DNA of 64,000 bases. Origin: Candidatus Magasanikiibacteriota bacterium. Its GTDB lineage: Bacteria; Patescibacteriota; Patescibacteriia; Magasanikbacterales; UBA922. Shown in pieces: positions 28,030 through 38,607 of this stretch; the first letter of the stretch is position 1; each line of letters opens with the position of its first letter. The DNA lies in assembly GCA_003510435.1 (NCBI GenBank), contig DOMK01000001.1:26604-90603 (forward strand), given 5' to 3'. Position numbers and translations under genes: made by a program. The notes under the pieces are model-generated. The model was not told the DNA's origin and did not search any database. It saw only the letters and a list, made by a program, of their open reading frames with translations.

Positions 28030-28260
28030 CAGTATTATAGGCGAGAGGTCTGTAAGTTTTTGCTTATAGGCCCTTCTCCTAATCGTCGGGAGAGGCGTGC
28101 AAGAGCACGTATAAGTCAGCTGAATGCCGGGGTGTCGGCATGGAAAAACATCCCAAGAGGGGTGGCTGACAGGGATTGTACCCAGACGATAGTCCAAGAG
28201 GACTAGGGCATTGTACTAGTCGTTTAGTCAACGACTGGTGTCTCCAAGCGGAGATATACA
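28030..28260 (+). other. GC-rich ~230-nt leader with multiple predicted stem-loops (possible cis-regulatory RNA or ncRNA) upstream of the island ORF
   Basis: Local hairpins such as cccttctcctaatcgtcgggagagg, gccggggtgtcggc, agtcaacgact; composition jumps from very AT-rich to GC-rich exactly here. Confidence 0.3.
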
Positions 28261-29196
28261 ATGAATTCCACGACTAAACTGCGGAGAATGACGATGAAGC
28301 GTTGCTTGTCAGAGCAGTTCAACATCCTGATGGATGAATTGGCCTCCATTGGTATGGCTGGCCTCTTCTGCCTCATCATCGGGATGGCCAAGAGCAAGTC
28401 GCAATTGGCCAGGTTCCACAACGAACTCAAGCCCAACCAGCGTCTCGTGCGTGGAGATTATATCATGCTCGAGGACTGGTGGGAGGCCTCGTATGAAAAG
28501 GCCAGAGGAGAACTCACTGAAGTGGCTAGAGAGAAGTTGCAAGAAGTGATTCTTCTCTCCTATCGCAACGAGCACAGTGCTGCGAATCTGAGCCACTACT
28601 ACGAACGGAAAATTAACGAGGAACGTTGGAGTAGAGAACATCCGAAAACCCCGCTTGCAACTTCTAGCGTCAACCTCGTGCTCTCTTGCCCCGAACGTGA
28701 CGGGCATGGCTACCACCACTTTCGCGCGTTCATGTTTAATGTAGAATTTGAAGTCAGTTGTACTTTTCTGGATAGCACACTACTAGTTCATATGTGCATC
28801 AAGAGAAATAAACTGACCGAAAATCTCGTACACAGGATTCTGACGTCCAAGCTGGTTAATGCCAGTTTCGGACATACAGGAGTGTATGTAAATAGTGGTG
28901 ATGAGCTGACCTTCAGGTTCGATCTCGGGGCTGATATAGGTAGGCGCTTGAAGGAGATGATCTCGGCATTTGATAAATCCGAGGGCGCTCACCGACGTGC
29001 TGACGTAGTGGCCATGGACACTTTTGCACATGAGGTTGGAAGAAACCTCATTGACGTCTGTGACCTTGAGCTGGATGGGCTCTACGCTGTAGTGCTGTTT
29101 GTCGCAGATGACCCACGTTGTCTGCAGTCAACGGTATTCGAGGATGGCGCACCGCACGCCAGGCATCGGGTCTGGTGCCATCGCACCAACGCCTAA
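28261..29196 (+). CDS. hypothetical protein (311 aa) encoded on a compositionally foreign GC-rich island; no recognisable domain
   Basis: Long ORF with GC-rich codon usage unlike all neighbours. Lies between a consensus promoter and two intrinsic terminators. Opposite-strand ORFs here look like GC-composition artefacts. Confidence 0.55.
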   Translation: MNSTTKLRRMTMKRCLSEQFNILMDELASIGMAGLFCLIIGMAKSKSQLARFHNELKPNQRLVRGDYIMLEDWWEASYEKARGELTEVAREKLQEVILLSYRNEHSAANLSHYYERKINEERWSREHPKTPLATSSVNLVLSCPERDGHGYHHFRAFMFNVEFEVSCTFLDSTLLVHMCIKRNKLTENLVHRILTSKLVNASFGHTGVYVNSGDELTFRFDLGADIGRRLKEMISAFDKSEGAHRRADVVAMDTFAHEVGRNLIDVCDLELDGLYAVVLFVADDPRCLQSTVFEDGAPHARHRVWCHRTNA

Positions 29197-29235
29197 GACC
29201 ACAGAAGACTTTACAACTCGGAGGATGTGAAGTGA

Positions 29236-29306
29236 CACGGGCGACCTATGACACCCCACAGGTCGCCCGTTCAAAAAAACAGATATTGTTAAATGTCTGT
29301 TTTTTA
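29236..29306 (+). terminator. tandem intrinsic terminators (ACGGGCGACC...GGTCGCCCGT then AAAAAAACAGA...TCTGTTTTTT)
   Basis: Two perfect hairpins, the second followed by a T-run, immediately 3' of the island ORF. Confidence 0.65.
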
Positions 29307-29328
29307 ATATTACATTTTATTATAAATT

Positions 29329-29751
29329 TTATTTCAAAGTAATAATATAAGCTCCACCAGCAATCATGGCTGCACCCATTACACTGCGCCAAGTGAGGCC
29401 CTCACCCAAAAACAAAGCCGCGAGAATAATAACAAAAATTATACTAAGACGGTCAATGGCGACCACTTTTCCAGCCATACCATATTTAAGCGCAAAAAAA
29501 TAAAATAACCAGGATAGTGCGCCGGCAATACCAGATAAAGTAATTAATAACCAATCTTTACCATTTAAAGAATGAAAATTAAAACCATTAAACTTTTTTA
29601 AAGTTAGAGCGACCAGAAATAGAAAAATTGCCATGATAATTGAGCGAATCGTAGTTGCCAGTGTAGAATCAATTGTCTTGAGACCAAGTTTGCCAAAGAT
29701 TGCTACGGCTGCGGCAAAGATGGCAGATAAAAATGCATATAATAACCACAT
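29329..29751 (-). CDS. small 4-TM EamA/DMT-superfamily half-transporter-like protein
   Basis: 140 aa, four hydrophobic helices with an EamA-like pattern (AIFGKLGLK ... IIFVIILAALFLGE). Confidence 0.5.
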   Translation of the reverse strand: MWLLYAFLSAIFAAAVAIFGKLGLKTIDSTLATTIRSIIMAIFLFLVALTLKKFNGFNFHSLNGKDWLLITLSGIAGALSWLFYFFALKYGMAGKVVAIDRLSIIFVIILAALFLGEGLTWRSVMGAAMIAGGAYIITLK

Positions 29752-29866
29752 AAAGCATTGATTTAAACTGATTTAAACTGAATATATATTAACATTAATC
29801 AGATAAAAAGAAAACAGGCTTGTACAGAGCTCTGCTTTCTTTTGTGAGAGTGAAAAAATGTGTTAG

Positions 29867-29926
29867 TTAGTTACAACCGCAACCACCGCCACAACCTCCA
29901 CCGTCAGTTAAATTTTTATTCTTCAT
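29867..29926 (-). CDS. 19-aa Gly/Cys-rich peptide MKNKNLTDGGGCGGGCGCN (short paralog of the two downstream Cys-rich peptides)
   Basis: Found by hand translation; shares the C-terminal G-C-G-C-N motif with peptide 3. Preceded by a consensus promoter and AAGGAGGA. Confidence 0.35.
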   Translation of the reverse strand: MKNKNLTDGGGCGGGCGCN

Positions 29927-29962
29927 GTTTTGTATGCTTAAGAATTAATCCTCCTTATTTAT

Positions 29963-29992
29963 ATAATACATATTTAGTATGATATGTGTCAA
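29963..29992 (-). promoter_or_regulatory. sigma70-type promoter TTGACA-N18-TATTAT upstream of peptide 1
   Basis: Minus-strand read: cTTGACAcatatcatactaaatatgTATTATataaataAGGAGGAtt...ATG. Confidence 0.5.
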
Positions 29993-30047
29993 GGGGTGGA
30001 TAACTAGGGATAAAAAAACCAGCCTTTTCAGACTGATTTTTTTGATT

Positions 30048-30194
30048 TTATTCTTCGCTATCTTCTCCAAGTTTTTCGCCGTCCACTTCTTCTTCACTTT
30101 CACTTTCATAACATTCACAACAATCTCCACAACCACCACACTTGGGGCAAAGCTCGTCCTCGCTAAAGGGCATATCACATTTACGACATTCCAT
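30048..30194 (-). CDS. 48-aa acidic cysteine-rich peptide MECRKCDMPFSEDELCPKCGGCGDCCECYESESEEEVDGEKLGEDSEE (metallothionein-like)
   Basis: Hand-translated; 9 Cys in CxxC/CC/CxC arrangements, then a poly-acidic tail. Below the ORF-track size cutoff. Confidence 0.5.
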   Translation of the reverse strand: MECRKCDMPFSEDELCPKCGGCGDCCECYESESEEEVDGEKLGEDSEE

Positions 30195-30259
30195 ACTTAT
30201 AATTAATTAGATAGGGTGTCACGCTAGGGACGTGACAGGATATACAATTAAAATTTAAT

Positions 30260-30409
30260 TATTGGCAATTGCAACCACAACCACCATCACCACAACAAGA
30301 TTCTTCTTTCCCTTCTTCTTTACATTCGCAACAAGCTTTACAGCTAGTTTCTTCATCACAGCAAGTGTTTTCTTCGTTTAATTCTACTTCACATTTTGCA
30401 CAATTCATA
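30260..30409 (-). CDS. 49-aa acidic cysteine-rich peptide MNCAKCEVELNEENTCCDEETSCKACCECKEEGKEESCCGDGGCGCNCQ (metallothionein-like)
   Basis: Hand-translated; 14 Cys. The C-terminal GCGCNC is reminiscent of the bacterial SmtA C-terminus (GC..GCNC). Own perfect promoter. Confidence 0.55.
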
Positions 30410-30437
30410 TTTTTTTAGATTAATAATTATAGATTAT

Positions 30438-30466
30438 ATTATACATTTTTTATGTGGATTTGTCAA
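30438..30466 (-). promoter_or_regulatory. consensus sigma70 promoter TTGACA-N17-TATAAT upstream of peptide 3
   Basis: Minus-strand read: TTGACAaatccacataaaaaatgTATAATataatctataattattaatctaaaaaaatATG. Confidence 0.55.
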
Positions 30467-30470
30467 TCAA

Positions 30471-31775
30471 CTATATTCCCTCTCCTAACTCGCTTGGTTC
30501 AACTCTTGTTTGTTTGAAAATTTCTTTTTCAAATAGAATTATTCCTAATACACTGACCAAAACAATAGCCAAAAGAACAGAAGCTGATAAACTTTCTGTA
30601 AAAACATTATTAAAAATAGCAATGGCTAAAAATGCTAAGCCAATCTCCCCTCTTATGGTGGTGGCTCGAGCAATCAATATGCCTTCTCTTTTATTTTTAT
30701 AAAAGAAACGAATAAAACATTTACCAACAAAAGCCAAGATAACAAATATAAGAGCGTAGAGCCAAGTATGATAATTCAATAAAGATTCTCTACCCAACAT
30801 TGTTCCAAGACTAACCAAAAATCCACCCACAAAAATATGCATGTAGCCTTCAATTTTTGTCCAAACTTCGCTTTTTATTTTATGATCCATTTTGGATAGT
30901 ATTAAGCCAATACCAAATGCTCCCAAAATTGGTTCTAGACCAATCGCGGAAGTCAAGGCACAAGCCAAAATTAAAGCGCCAAAAAAGAAACGAGTATAAG
31001 ATCCTGTGCTAGTTGTCACATAATGTTGGTCAAGATATTTTGCAGCTTTGTCTATAAAATTGAATGACCACATAATAAAAGCAACAAATAAGAACCCAAT
31101 AACTGATAATGCTATTAAGAAAATATCACCAAATTCCGCACCACCATATAAAAATTTTCCTAAAATTGTCAAAAGCAACATTCCAATAATATTACTCATC
31201 AGGGCTATACTTAAAATTTTATCACCAACTTCGGTATGGAGTTTGTTGCCAGCTTTGAGAGCGGAAACTGAAAGCCCGAGCGATGTGGCCGTAAAAATAC
31301 CACCAAGAAAAACTGCTGGTAGCCAATTGAGATGTAATAAATAATAGCCAACTAAAGAAAATAAAGCCAATTGAACTAATGTGGCAGACACAGTGGATAA
31401 TATGTTAGAACCAAAATTCTTTTTTAGAATTGATAAATCAAAATATAATCCAGCTTCAAATAATATAAAAAATATACCAGCTAAGCGGACAATCTCTACT
31501 CCTTGAGCATAGGGATCAATCGCGCCAAACAAGGCTGGACCAATAATTATTCCTAAAAATATTTTACCAGCCATTGGTGCAACATTGAAGACCTTGGCTA
31601 GACGAGCACCAAAAGAGGCAAAAATTGCTAAGAATGAAATATCTAGTAGAATTGGTAAAATACTACTGATTTCGTAGTTATCATTTGCCAATAAAACTGG
31701 TCTTAGATAATACAAAATAAAAATTGCAATGGCTGATTCTATAATTACCAAGAATAAAGTTTTAAATTTATTCAT
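30471..31775 (-). CDS. monovalent cation:proton antiporter (CPA/Na+-H+ exchanger family)
   Basis: 434 aa, 11-13 TM helices, Na_H_Exchanger-like repeats (GIIIGPALFG ... LILSKMDHK). Confidence 0.7.
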   Translation of the reverse strand: MNKFKTLFLVIIESAIAIFILYYLRPVLLANDNYEISSILPILLDISFLAIFASFGARLAKVFNVAPMAGKIFLGIIIGPALFGAIDPYAQGVEIVRLAGIFFILFEAGLYFDLSILKKNFGSNILSTVSATLVQLALFSLVGYYLLHLNWLPAVFLGGIFTATSLGLSVSALKAGNKLHTEVGDKILSIALMSNIIGMLLLTILGKFLYGGAEFGDIFLIALSVIGFLFVAFIMWSFNFIDKAAKYLDQHYVTTSTGSYTRFFFGALILACALTSAIGLEPILGAFGIGLILSKMDHKIKSEVWTKIEGYMHIFVGGFLVSLGTMLGRESLLNYHTWLYALIFVILAFVGKCFIRFFYKNKREGILIARATTIRGEIGLAFLAIAIFNNVFTESLSASVLLAIVLVSVLGIILFEKEIFKQTRVEPSELGEGI

Positions 31776-32257
31776 AAAGTTGATTAATAAATTATAAATT
31801 AAGATGATGGTATTATACTATAATTAACTCAAAAGAAACAATATTCGTGGGGATAAAAAAACACTCACCAATCTCCTTGAACTAATTCCATAATATAGAA
31901 TCAATTCAAGTGCGGTGAGTGTTTTTTACACTACCCCAACCCACCATCCCACTGGATAGCGGGGTTGGCAGCTCTTCCACAACTAATGATGGTTCCGGTC
32001 TAGACGACCGGGTAGACCAACGTGTGGTCGGGGAAGAACACTTTCTTTTGTACCATCCCCTCCGACATCTCCACCCAACCTGTGGCGTTGAACTGATGAT
32101 GACCTTCTTGGGTCAACAACAGTTTCTCATAAATTGTTCCATCTGGGTGTTCACCCTGACGAAACTTGCCGTTGATAGGCAATTGACCAAAGCTCATATC
32201 CATGAATAAACCATACGGTAGTTTGAGTAATATATTTTATATTAATTTTAAATTTTG

Positions 32258-32292
32258 TCAATAAAAAAACACATACTAATTAGTATGTGTTT
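32258..32292 (-). terminator. atp-operon intrinsic terminator (AAACACATACTAATTAGTATGTGTTT + T-run)
   Basis: Perfect 11-bp stem. The minus-strand read is followed by TTTTTTT. Confidence 0.55.
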
Positions 32293-32338
32293 GGAATTTC
32301 CGTGTAATCTTATAATTCCGTATCTCCGTGTTTTATTT
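32293..32338. repeat. family-D repeat fragment (TTCCGTGTAATCTTATAATTCCGTATCTCCGTGTTTT)
   Basis: Matches the 13498-13550 / 14394-14440 consensus. Confidence 0.45.
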
Positions 32339-32761
32339 AACATTCTTATACTTCTTTGCTACCCTCACCCGATTCATTTCCCTATCAATTACCGCTTGCA
32401 GACGAGCAAAGTTAACATCTTCGCCAGTTTTGGCCTTGGTCATTTCTTCTTCGGCTCGAACTCTGGCTTGTTCAGCGCGATCAATATCAATCGTATCCGC
32501 TCTTTCCACGTTATCAGCCAAAATAATTAATTCGTTATTACCTTTTATTTCTAAGAAACCACCAGAGACTGCAAAAGGATGTTCACCTTCTTTATCAACA
32601 ATTTTTAATTCTCCAGCTTTAAGAACAGACACAAGTGGAATGTGATTTGGTAAAACTGTTATTTCACCAGACATAGTTGGAATAGAAACTTGAAAAATTT
32701 CATTTTCATAAACAACTTTTTCTGGTGTGGCAATTTTGAATTTTAATATATTCGTGTTCAT
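32333..32761 (-). CDS. atpC: F-type ATP synthase epsilon subunit
   Basis: KIATPEKVVYENEIFQVSIPTMSGEITVLPNHIPLVSVLKAGEL. Confidence 0.85.
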   Translation of the reverse strand: MNTNILKFKIATPEKVVYENEIFQVSIPTMSGEITVLPNHIPLVSVLKAGELKIVDKEGEHPFAVSGGFLEIKGNNELIILADNVERADTIDIDRAEQARVRAEEEMTKAKTGEDVNFARLQAVIDREMNRVRVAKKYKNVK

Positions 32762-32762
32762 A

Positions 32763-32868
32763 ATCTCGAGCGAAGCGAGAGATCCCTTTTCATTGGGTTT
32801 AACTTCGCTATATTTTAAGTATTGTTTAATGTTTTGGAAAGGGATTCCTCACCCTTCGGGATTCGGAA
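32763..32868. repeat. family-B palindromic element (~105 bp; CTCGAGCGAAGCGAGAGATCCCTTTT...AAAGGGATTCCTCACCCTTCGGGATTCGGA) between atpD and atpC
   Basis: Near-identical copy at 37411-37520; diverged copy at 45721-45835. Confidence 0.65.
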
Positions 32869-34254
<1,386 letters not shown>

Positions 34255-34264
34255 TTATTTTAAT

Positions 34265-34360
34265 TTGTGATTATTGTTTGTTAATCATTTTTTTCACATA
34301 TCACATAGCACGTATCACATATCAATTTATTTGTTGTGTGGTATGTGTTGTGTGGTACGT
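34265..34360. repeat. ORF-less inverted repeat of the CACATATCACATA / TGTGTGGTATGTG type (empty IVS-like stem) between atpG and atpD
   Basis: tcacatatcacatagcacgtatcacatatca ... tgtgtggtatgtgttgtgtggtacgtga; arms are reverse-complementary. Confidence 0.5.
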
Positions 34361-34362
34361 GA

Positions 34363-35331
34363 TTATTCAAGTGCCGCCGCACCACCAGCAATTTCGGCAA
34401 TTTCTTGGGTAATGCCAGCTTGGCGAGCTTTGTTATAAGTTAAATTTAATTCATCAATCATATCTTCGGCTGAATCAGAAGCATTTCTCATGGCCATCAT
34501 CCGAGCACTATGTTCACTGGCCGATGATTCCAAAGCGGCTTGAAATATTTGCGTCTCAACTAGTCTTGGTAAAATTGTTTTTAAAACATCAGTCGTGTTT
34601 GGTTCAAAAATGTATGTGTCAGTAATCAAAGTTTGATTTTGTTTTTGTTCGTCAGTCTTTAAGTCTTCATTGTCTGTGCCTAGATTATTCATCATTTTTT
34701 CCAAATCAAGTTCAGAAATTGGCAAAACTTGTCTCAACTTTGCAGTTTGGACAATAGCTGATTTGTAATCAGTATAAGCAACAACGACTTTGTCATATTT
34801 TTTAGCTTCGTATTCCCCGACTATCATTTTGGCAATTGGTAAAATATCATTTAGATTTGGGGTATCAGAGATATCACTATAAGATGCAATTAAATTATAA
34901 CCATTTTTCTTGGCAAAATCTGCACCTTTTTTTCCAATACCAACCACATCAATTTCAATATTCTCGCCAGCCTCAATATTATCTTTTCCTACCATGTGTT
35001 GACTAATATTTTTTGGATCTTTCAGTTGTTCAGCCGTCTTTCTAATAATATTAGCATTAAAACTTCCACATAAACCACGATTGGATGTTACCAAAACTAC
35101 AAGTAATTTTTTTACTGGCCGAATTTCTAACAAAGGCAAATTGACTTCTTGCACTTTTGACAAGTTCACCAAAAGATCCCAAGCCATTTTGGCATAGGTA
35201 CGAGTATTAACAGCTGCTTCAGTTGCTTTTCTCATTTTGGCAGCCGCGACCATTTCCATGGCTTTAGTAATCTTCTTAGTATTACCCACGGATTTGATAC
35301 GTCGTTTAATTGCTTTGGTGTTTACGGCCAT
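34363..35331 (-). CDS. atpG: F-type ATP synthase gamma subunit
   Basis: N-terminal IKRRIKSVGNTKKITKAMEMVAAAKMRKA and C-terminal LTYNKARQAGITQEIAEI. Confidence 0.85.
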   Translation of the reverse strand: MAVNTKAIKRRIKSVGNTKKITKAMEMVAAAKMRKATEAAVNTRTYAKMAWDLLVNLSKVQEVNLPLLEIRPVKKLLVVLVTSNRGLCGSFNANIIRKTAEQLKDPKNISQHMVGKDNIEAGENIEIDVVGIGKKGADFAKKNGYNLIASYSDISDTPNLNDILPIAKMIVGEYEAKKYDKVVVAYTDYKSAIVQTAKLRQVLPISELDLEKMMNNLGTDNEDLKTDEQKQNQTLITDTYIFEPNTTDVLKTILPRLVETQIFQAALESSASEHSARMMAMRNASDSAEDMIDELNLTYNKARQAGITQEIAEIAGGAAALE

Positions 35332-35433
35332 AAAAGGCTTACGAAGCCGACAAGGCTGACTAGGCTCGCAAGGCTTTTGTAAGCCTTGTTAGCTTTGTGA
35401 ACATTGTAAGCTCTAAGTATATTAGTTTATTAA

Positions 35434-36960
35434 TTATTTACTAAATTCTTGACAGGCTGATTTAAGTTCAGCTTCTACAGTCTCGTCCCAATCACCTTTA
35501 GCTAACTTGTTTAACAAAGCTCGTTTTGATTTATTCATAAATTCAATCATTTTCTTTTCTGCGTCGGCAATTTCTTTGACAGCAAATTTATCAAAATAAC
35601 CATTGGATACAGCATAGATAACCGCGATTTGTTCCTCTACAGCCATTGGACTATATTGTGGTTGTTTTAATAATTCTGTCATGCGTTGACCCAGATCAAT
35701 TTGTTTTTTTGTATCAGCATCTAAGTCACTAGCAAATTGAGCAAAAGCTTCTAATTCACGGAATTGGGCCATGGCCAGTTTAATTTTACCAGCCACTTTT
35801 TTCATGGCTTTTAATTGGGCTGCTCCACCGACACGAGATACAGATATACCAATATTTAAAGCCGGTCTAATACCTTTGTAAAATAAATCGGTTTCTAGGA
35901 AAATTTGTCCATCAGTAATAGAAATTACATTGGTTGGAATATATGCAGTTACGTCCCCTGCTTGAGTTTCTATAATTGGTAGAGCCGTAATAGAACCACC
36001 ACCATTTTCTTTGCTTAGTTTGCAAGCGCGTTCCAAAAGACGTGAATGTAAATAAAATACATCGCCAGGATAGGCTTCACGTCCTGGTGGACGGCGGAGT
36101 AACAAAGAAATTTCACGATAAGCCCAAGCTTGTTTGGTCAAATCATCATAAACAACTAAAACATCTTCACCTTTATCAGCAAAATATTCAGCCATGGCTA
36201 CGCCAGCATATGGAGCAATAAATGACATAGAGGCAGGATCAGAAGCACCAGCTACGACCACAGTCGTATACTCCATTGCCCCAGTTTCTTTTAACTTGGC
36301 GACGATACGAGCAACTTTGGATTCTTTTTGACCAACCGCTACATATACGCATTTCATGTTTTGACCTTTTTGGTTGATAATAGTGTCAATCGCAATGGCA
36401 GTCTTACCAGTTTGTCTGTCGCCGATAATAAGTTCACGTTGACCACGGCCAATTGGAATCATTGCATCAATGGCTTTGATACCAGTCTGCACTGGTTGAT
36501 GAACTGGGTGACGTTTCATAACACCAGGAGCAATTTTTTCTACTGGATAAAATTCTTTAGTATTGATTTCACCCTTGCCATCAATCTCTTGACCCAGAGC
36601 ATTCACGACTCTACCAACCATTTGTTCACCAACAGGCACAGACAAAATTCTACCAGTACGTTTAACTGTGTCTCCTTCTTTAATGGCTTTATAATCACCC
36701 AAAATCATGGCACCAACAGTCTCTTCTTCCAAGTTTAGAGCCACACCAAAAACCCCACCAGTAAATTCCAACATCTCCTGGTATTGACATTTGGTTAGAC
36801 CAGACATGCGAGCAATACCATCACCGACTTGAATAACAGTACCAACTTCTTCAGTTTGGACTGTCTTTTCAAAGTCAGCAATGTGCTTTTTTAATTCTTC
36901 AACGATTGCGTTTGTGGACATATATTTTATATTATGATTATTTATAATATTTGTTATCAC
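35434..36960 (-). CDS. atpA: F-type ATP synthase alpha subunit
   Basis: P-loop [13 protein letters not shown] and the conserved alpha body. Confidence 0.95.
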   Translation of the reverse strand: MITNIINNHNIKYMSTNAIVEELKKHIADFEKTVQTEEVGTVIQVGDGIARMSGLTKCQYQEMLEFTGGVFGVALNLEEETVGAMILGDYKAIKEGDTVKRTGRILSVPVGEQMVGRVVNALGQEIDGKGEINTKEFYPVEKIAPGVMKRHPVHQPVQTGIKAIDAMIPIGRGQRELIIGDRQTGKTAIAIDTIINQKGQNMKCVYVAVGQKESKVARIVAKLKETGAMEYTTVVVAGASDPASMSFIAPYAGVAMAEYFADKGEDVLVVYDDLTKQAWAYREISLLLRRPPGREAYPGDVFYLHSRLLERACKLSKENGGGSITALPIIETQAGDVTAYIPTNVISITDGQIFLETDLFYKGIRPALNIGISVSRVGGAAQLKAMKKVAGKIKLAMAQFRELEAFAQFASDLDADTKKQIDLGQRMTELLKQPQYSPMAVEEQIAVIYAVSNGYFDKFAVKEIADAEKKMIEFMNKSKRALLNKLAKGDWDETVEAELKSACQEFSK

Positions 36961-37008
36961 CTATCATTTATTTTACAGAATTATTAATGATAAGTGATAA
37001 ATGATAAC

Positions 37009-37401
37009 CTAATTTAGTGAATTTTTAAGTAATTTTAGTTGTGTTTTTAAACTTCCATCCAAAATTTTATCTTCAGTTTTGACTGACACACCACCAAGTA
37101 AATTTGTATCAATAGTTTCAATCGCTTCTACTTGATTACCAAAAATTGATTTAATTTTTTCTAAAGTATTTTTATCTAATTTTCTAGCTGACTTAACTTC
37201 TATCTCTATTACCCCAGCCTGTTTTTTGGCGTATTTTTCAAATTCTTTAATAATATTGTCAGATTGTTTTAATTTTTGATTAGCAACTAAAATAGTGACA
37301 AACTTTTTTAAAGCATTGTTTAATTTTTCGCCTTTAAGTTCTTTTGTGCTATCATACAAGGCTTCGGCGTATTGTTTGTTGCTAATTTTTTTCTTTGACA
37401 T
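37009..37401 (-). CDS. atpH: F-type ATP synthase delta (OSCP) subunit
   Basis: Helical N-domain and C-terminal LLGGVSVKTEDKILDGSLKTQL. Start moved to MSKKKIS because upstream codons are repeat-derived. Confidence 0.7.
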   Translation of the reverse strand: MSKKKISNKQYAEALYDSTKELKGEKLNNALKKFVTILVANQKLKQSDNIIKEFEKYAKKQAGVIEIEVKSARKLDKNTLEKIKSIFGNQVEAIETIDTNLLGGVSVKTEDKILDGSLKTQLKLLKNSLN

Positions 37402-37410
37402 AATCTCGAG

Positions 37411-37520
37411 CCAAAGCGAGAGATCCCTTTTCATTGGGTTTAACTTCGCTTTATTTTAAATATTGTTTAATGTGTTGGAAAGGGATTCCTCTCCGTCAGC
37501 TGACGGATCGGAATGAACGA
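37411..37520. repeat. family-B palindromic element between atpF and atpH; supplies the last codons of atpF
   Basis: taatctcgagccaaagcgagagatcccttttcattgggtttaacttcgctttattttaaatattgtttaatgtgttggaaagggattcctc... Confidence 0.65.
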
Positions 37521-38083
37521 AGAGTTTCCTCAATCAAAGCCACATCTTTCTTATCATCCAATTTTTCATTCATTATTTTTTCTACTGCAGCGATAATAAG
37601 ATTAACAGTTTCTTTCTTAATTTCAGACATCATATTTTCTTTTTCTGTTTGGATATTGCGTTTGGCCTGATCAATTAACATTTCAATTTCTTTTTTAGCT
37701 TTTTCTTTCATGTCAACTGATAATTTTTCTGCTTCAGTGTGTGATTTTTCAATAATTTTATTCGCTTCCACCTTAGCTTCATCCAATTTTTCTTGAAACT
37801 TAACTTCGCTCATTTGCAAATTGGTTTCAACAGCCTTAGCATTATCAATACTGTCGTCAATCAATTTTTTGCGTTCTTCCATGGTCTTGGTCAATGGTTT
37901 TAAAATCAAAAACCAAACGATTCCGGCTACGATAGCAAAGTTTAATAATTGAAAACCAAATAATTGAGCATTGATACCGAGTGAAGCAGCAACACCTTCA
38001 TCACCAGCTGGTTGGGTAGTGTGTTCAGCTGTGGCCACAATTGGTTCTTCTGATGTTGCGTAAACATTTTCTATTAAAAACAT
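37496..38083 (-). CDS. atpF: F-type ATP synthase subunit b
   Basis: Single N-terminal TM (FAIVAGIVWFLIL) followed by a long charged helix. Confidence 0.7.
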   Translation of the reverse strand: MFLIENVYATSEEPIVATAEHTTQPAGDEGVAASLGINAQLFGFQLLNFAIVAGIVWFLILKPLTKTMEERKKLIDDSIDNAKAVETNLQMSEVKFQEKLDEAKVEANKIIEKSHTEAEKLSVDMKEKAKKEIEMLIDQAKRNIQTEKENMMSEIKKETVNLIIAAVEKIMNEKLDDKKDVALIEETLRSFRSVS

Positions 38084-38103
38084 ATTGTATATTTATAAGA
38101 GTA

Positions 38104-38160
38104 ATAGGGAGTTAGGGCTGGAGGCGGGTAAATATTTTTTCACATCTAGTCCTAATTCCC
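38104..38160. repeat. family-C REP-like palindrome (ATAGGGAGTTAGGGCTGGAGGCG...CATCTAGTCCTAATTCCC)
   Basis: See 24868-24922. Confidence 0.55.
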
Positions 38161-38221
38161 AACTACTATTTATTTTAAATAATCTTATTCATCCGGATCA
38201 AAATTGACCCGGAAAGTAAAA

Positions 38222-38488
<267 letters not shown>

Positions 38489-38607
38489 TTACCTCGCGGA
38501 ATGATAGCAATTAATTAATAATAAAATTCAATATACATGCCTGCCTGCCGGTAGGCAGGGATCAAAATATAAATTGTATCGTGTTATGTGTATGTTGAAT
38601 TTTGTTA

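Noticed and set aside
28309-28719. 136-aa minus-strand ORF (also 28334-28549 and 28783-29031) inside the GC-rich island
   Set aside because: GC-rich DNA yields long open frames on all strands. Only the 311-aa plus frame is bracketed by a promoter and terminators.
29945-30178. 77-aa ORF from the track overlapping Cys-rich peptide 2
   Set aside because: Alternative frame across the same DNA. The Cys-rich frame has paralogous motifs shared with neighbouring peptides and promoter support; the 77-aa frame is basic/low-complexity. Conservation analysis should confirm.
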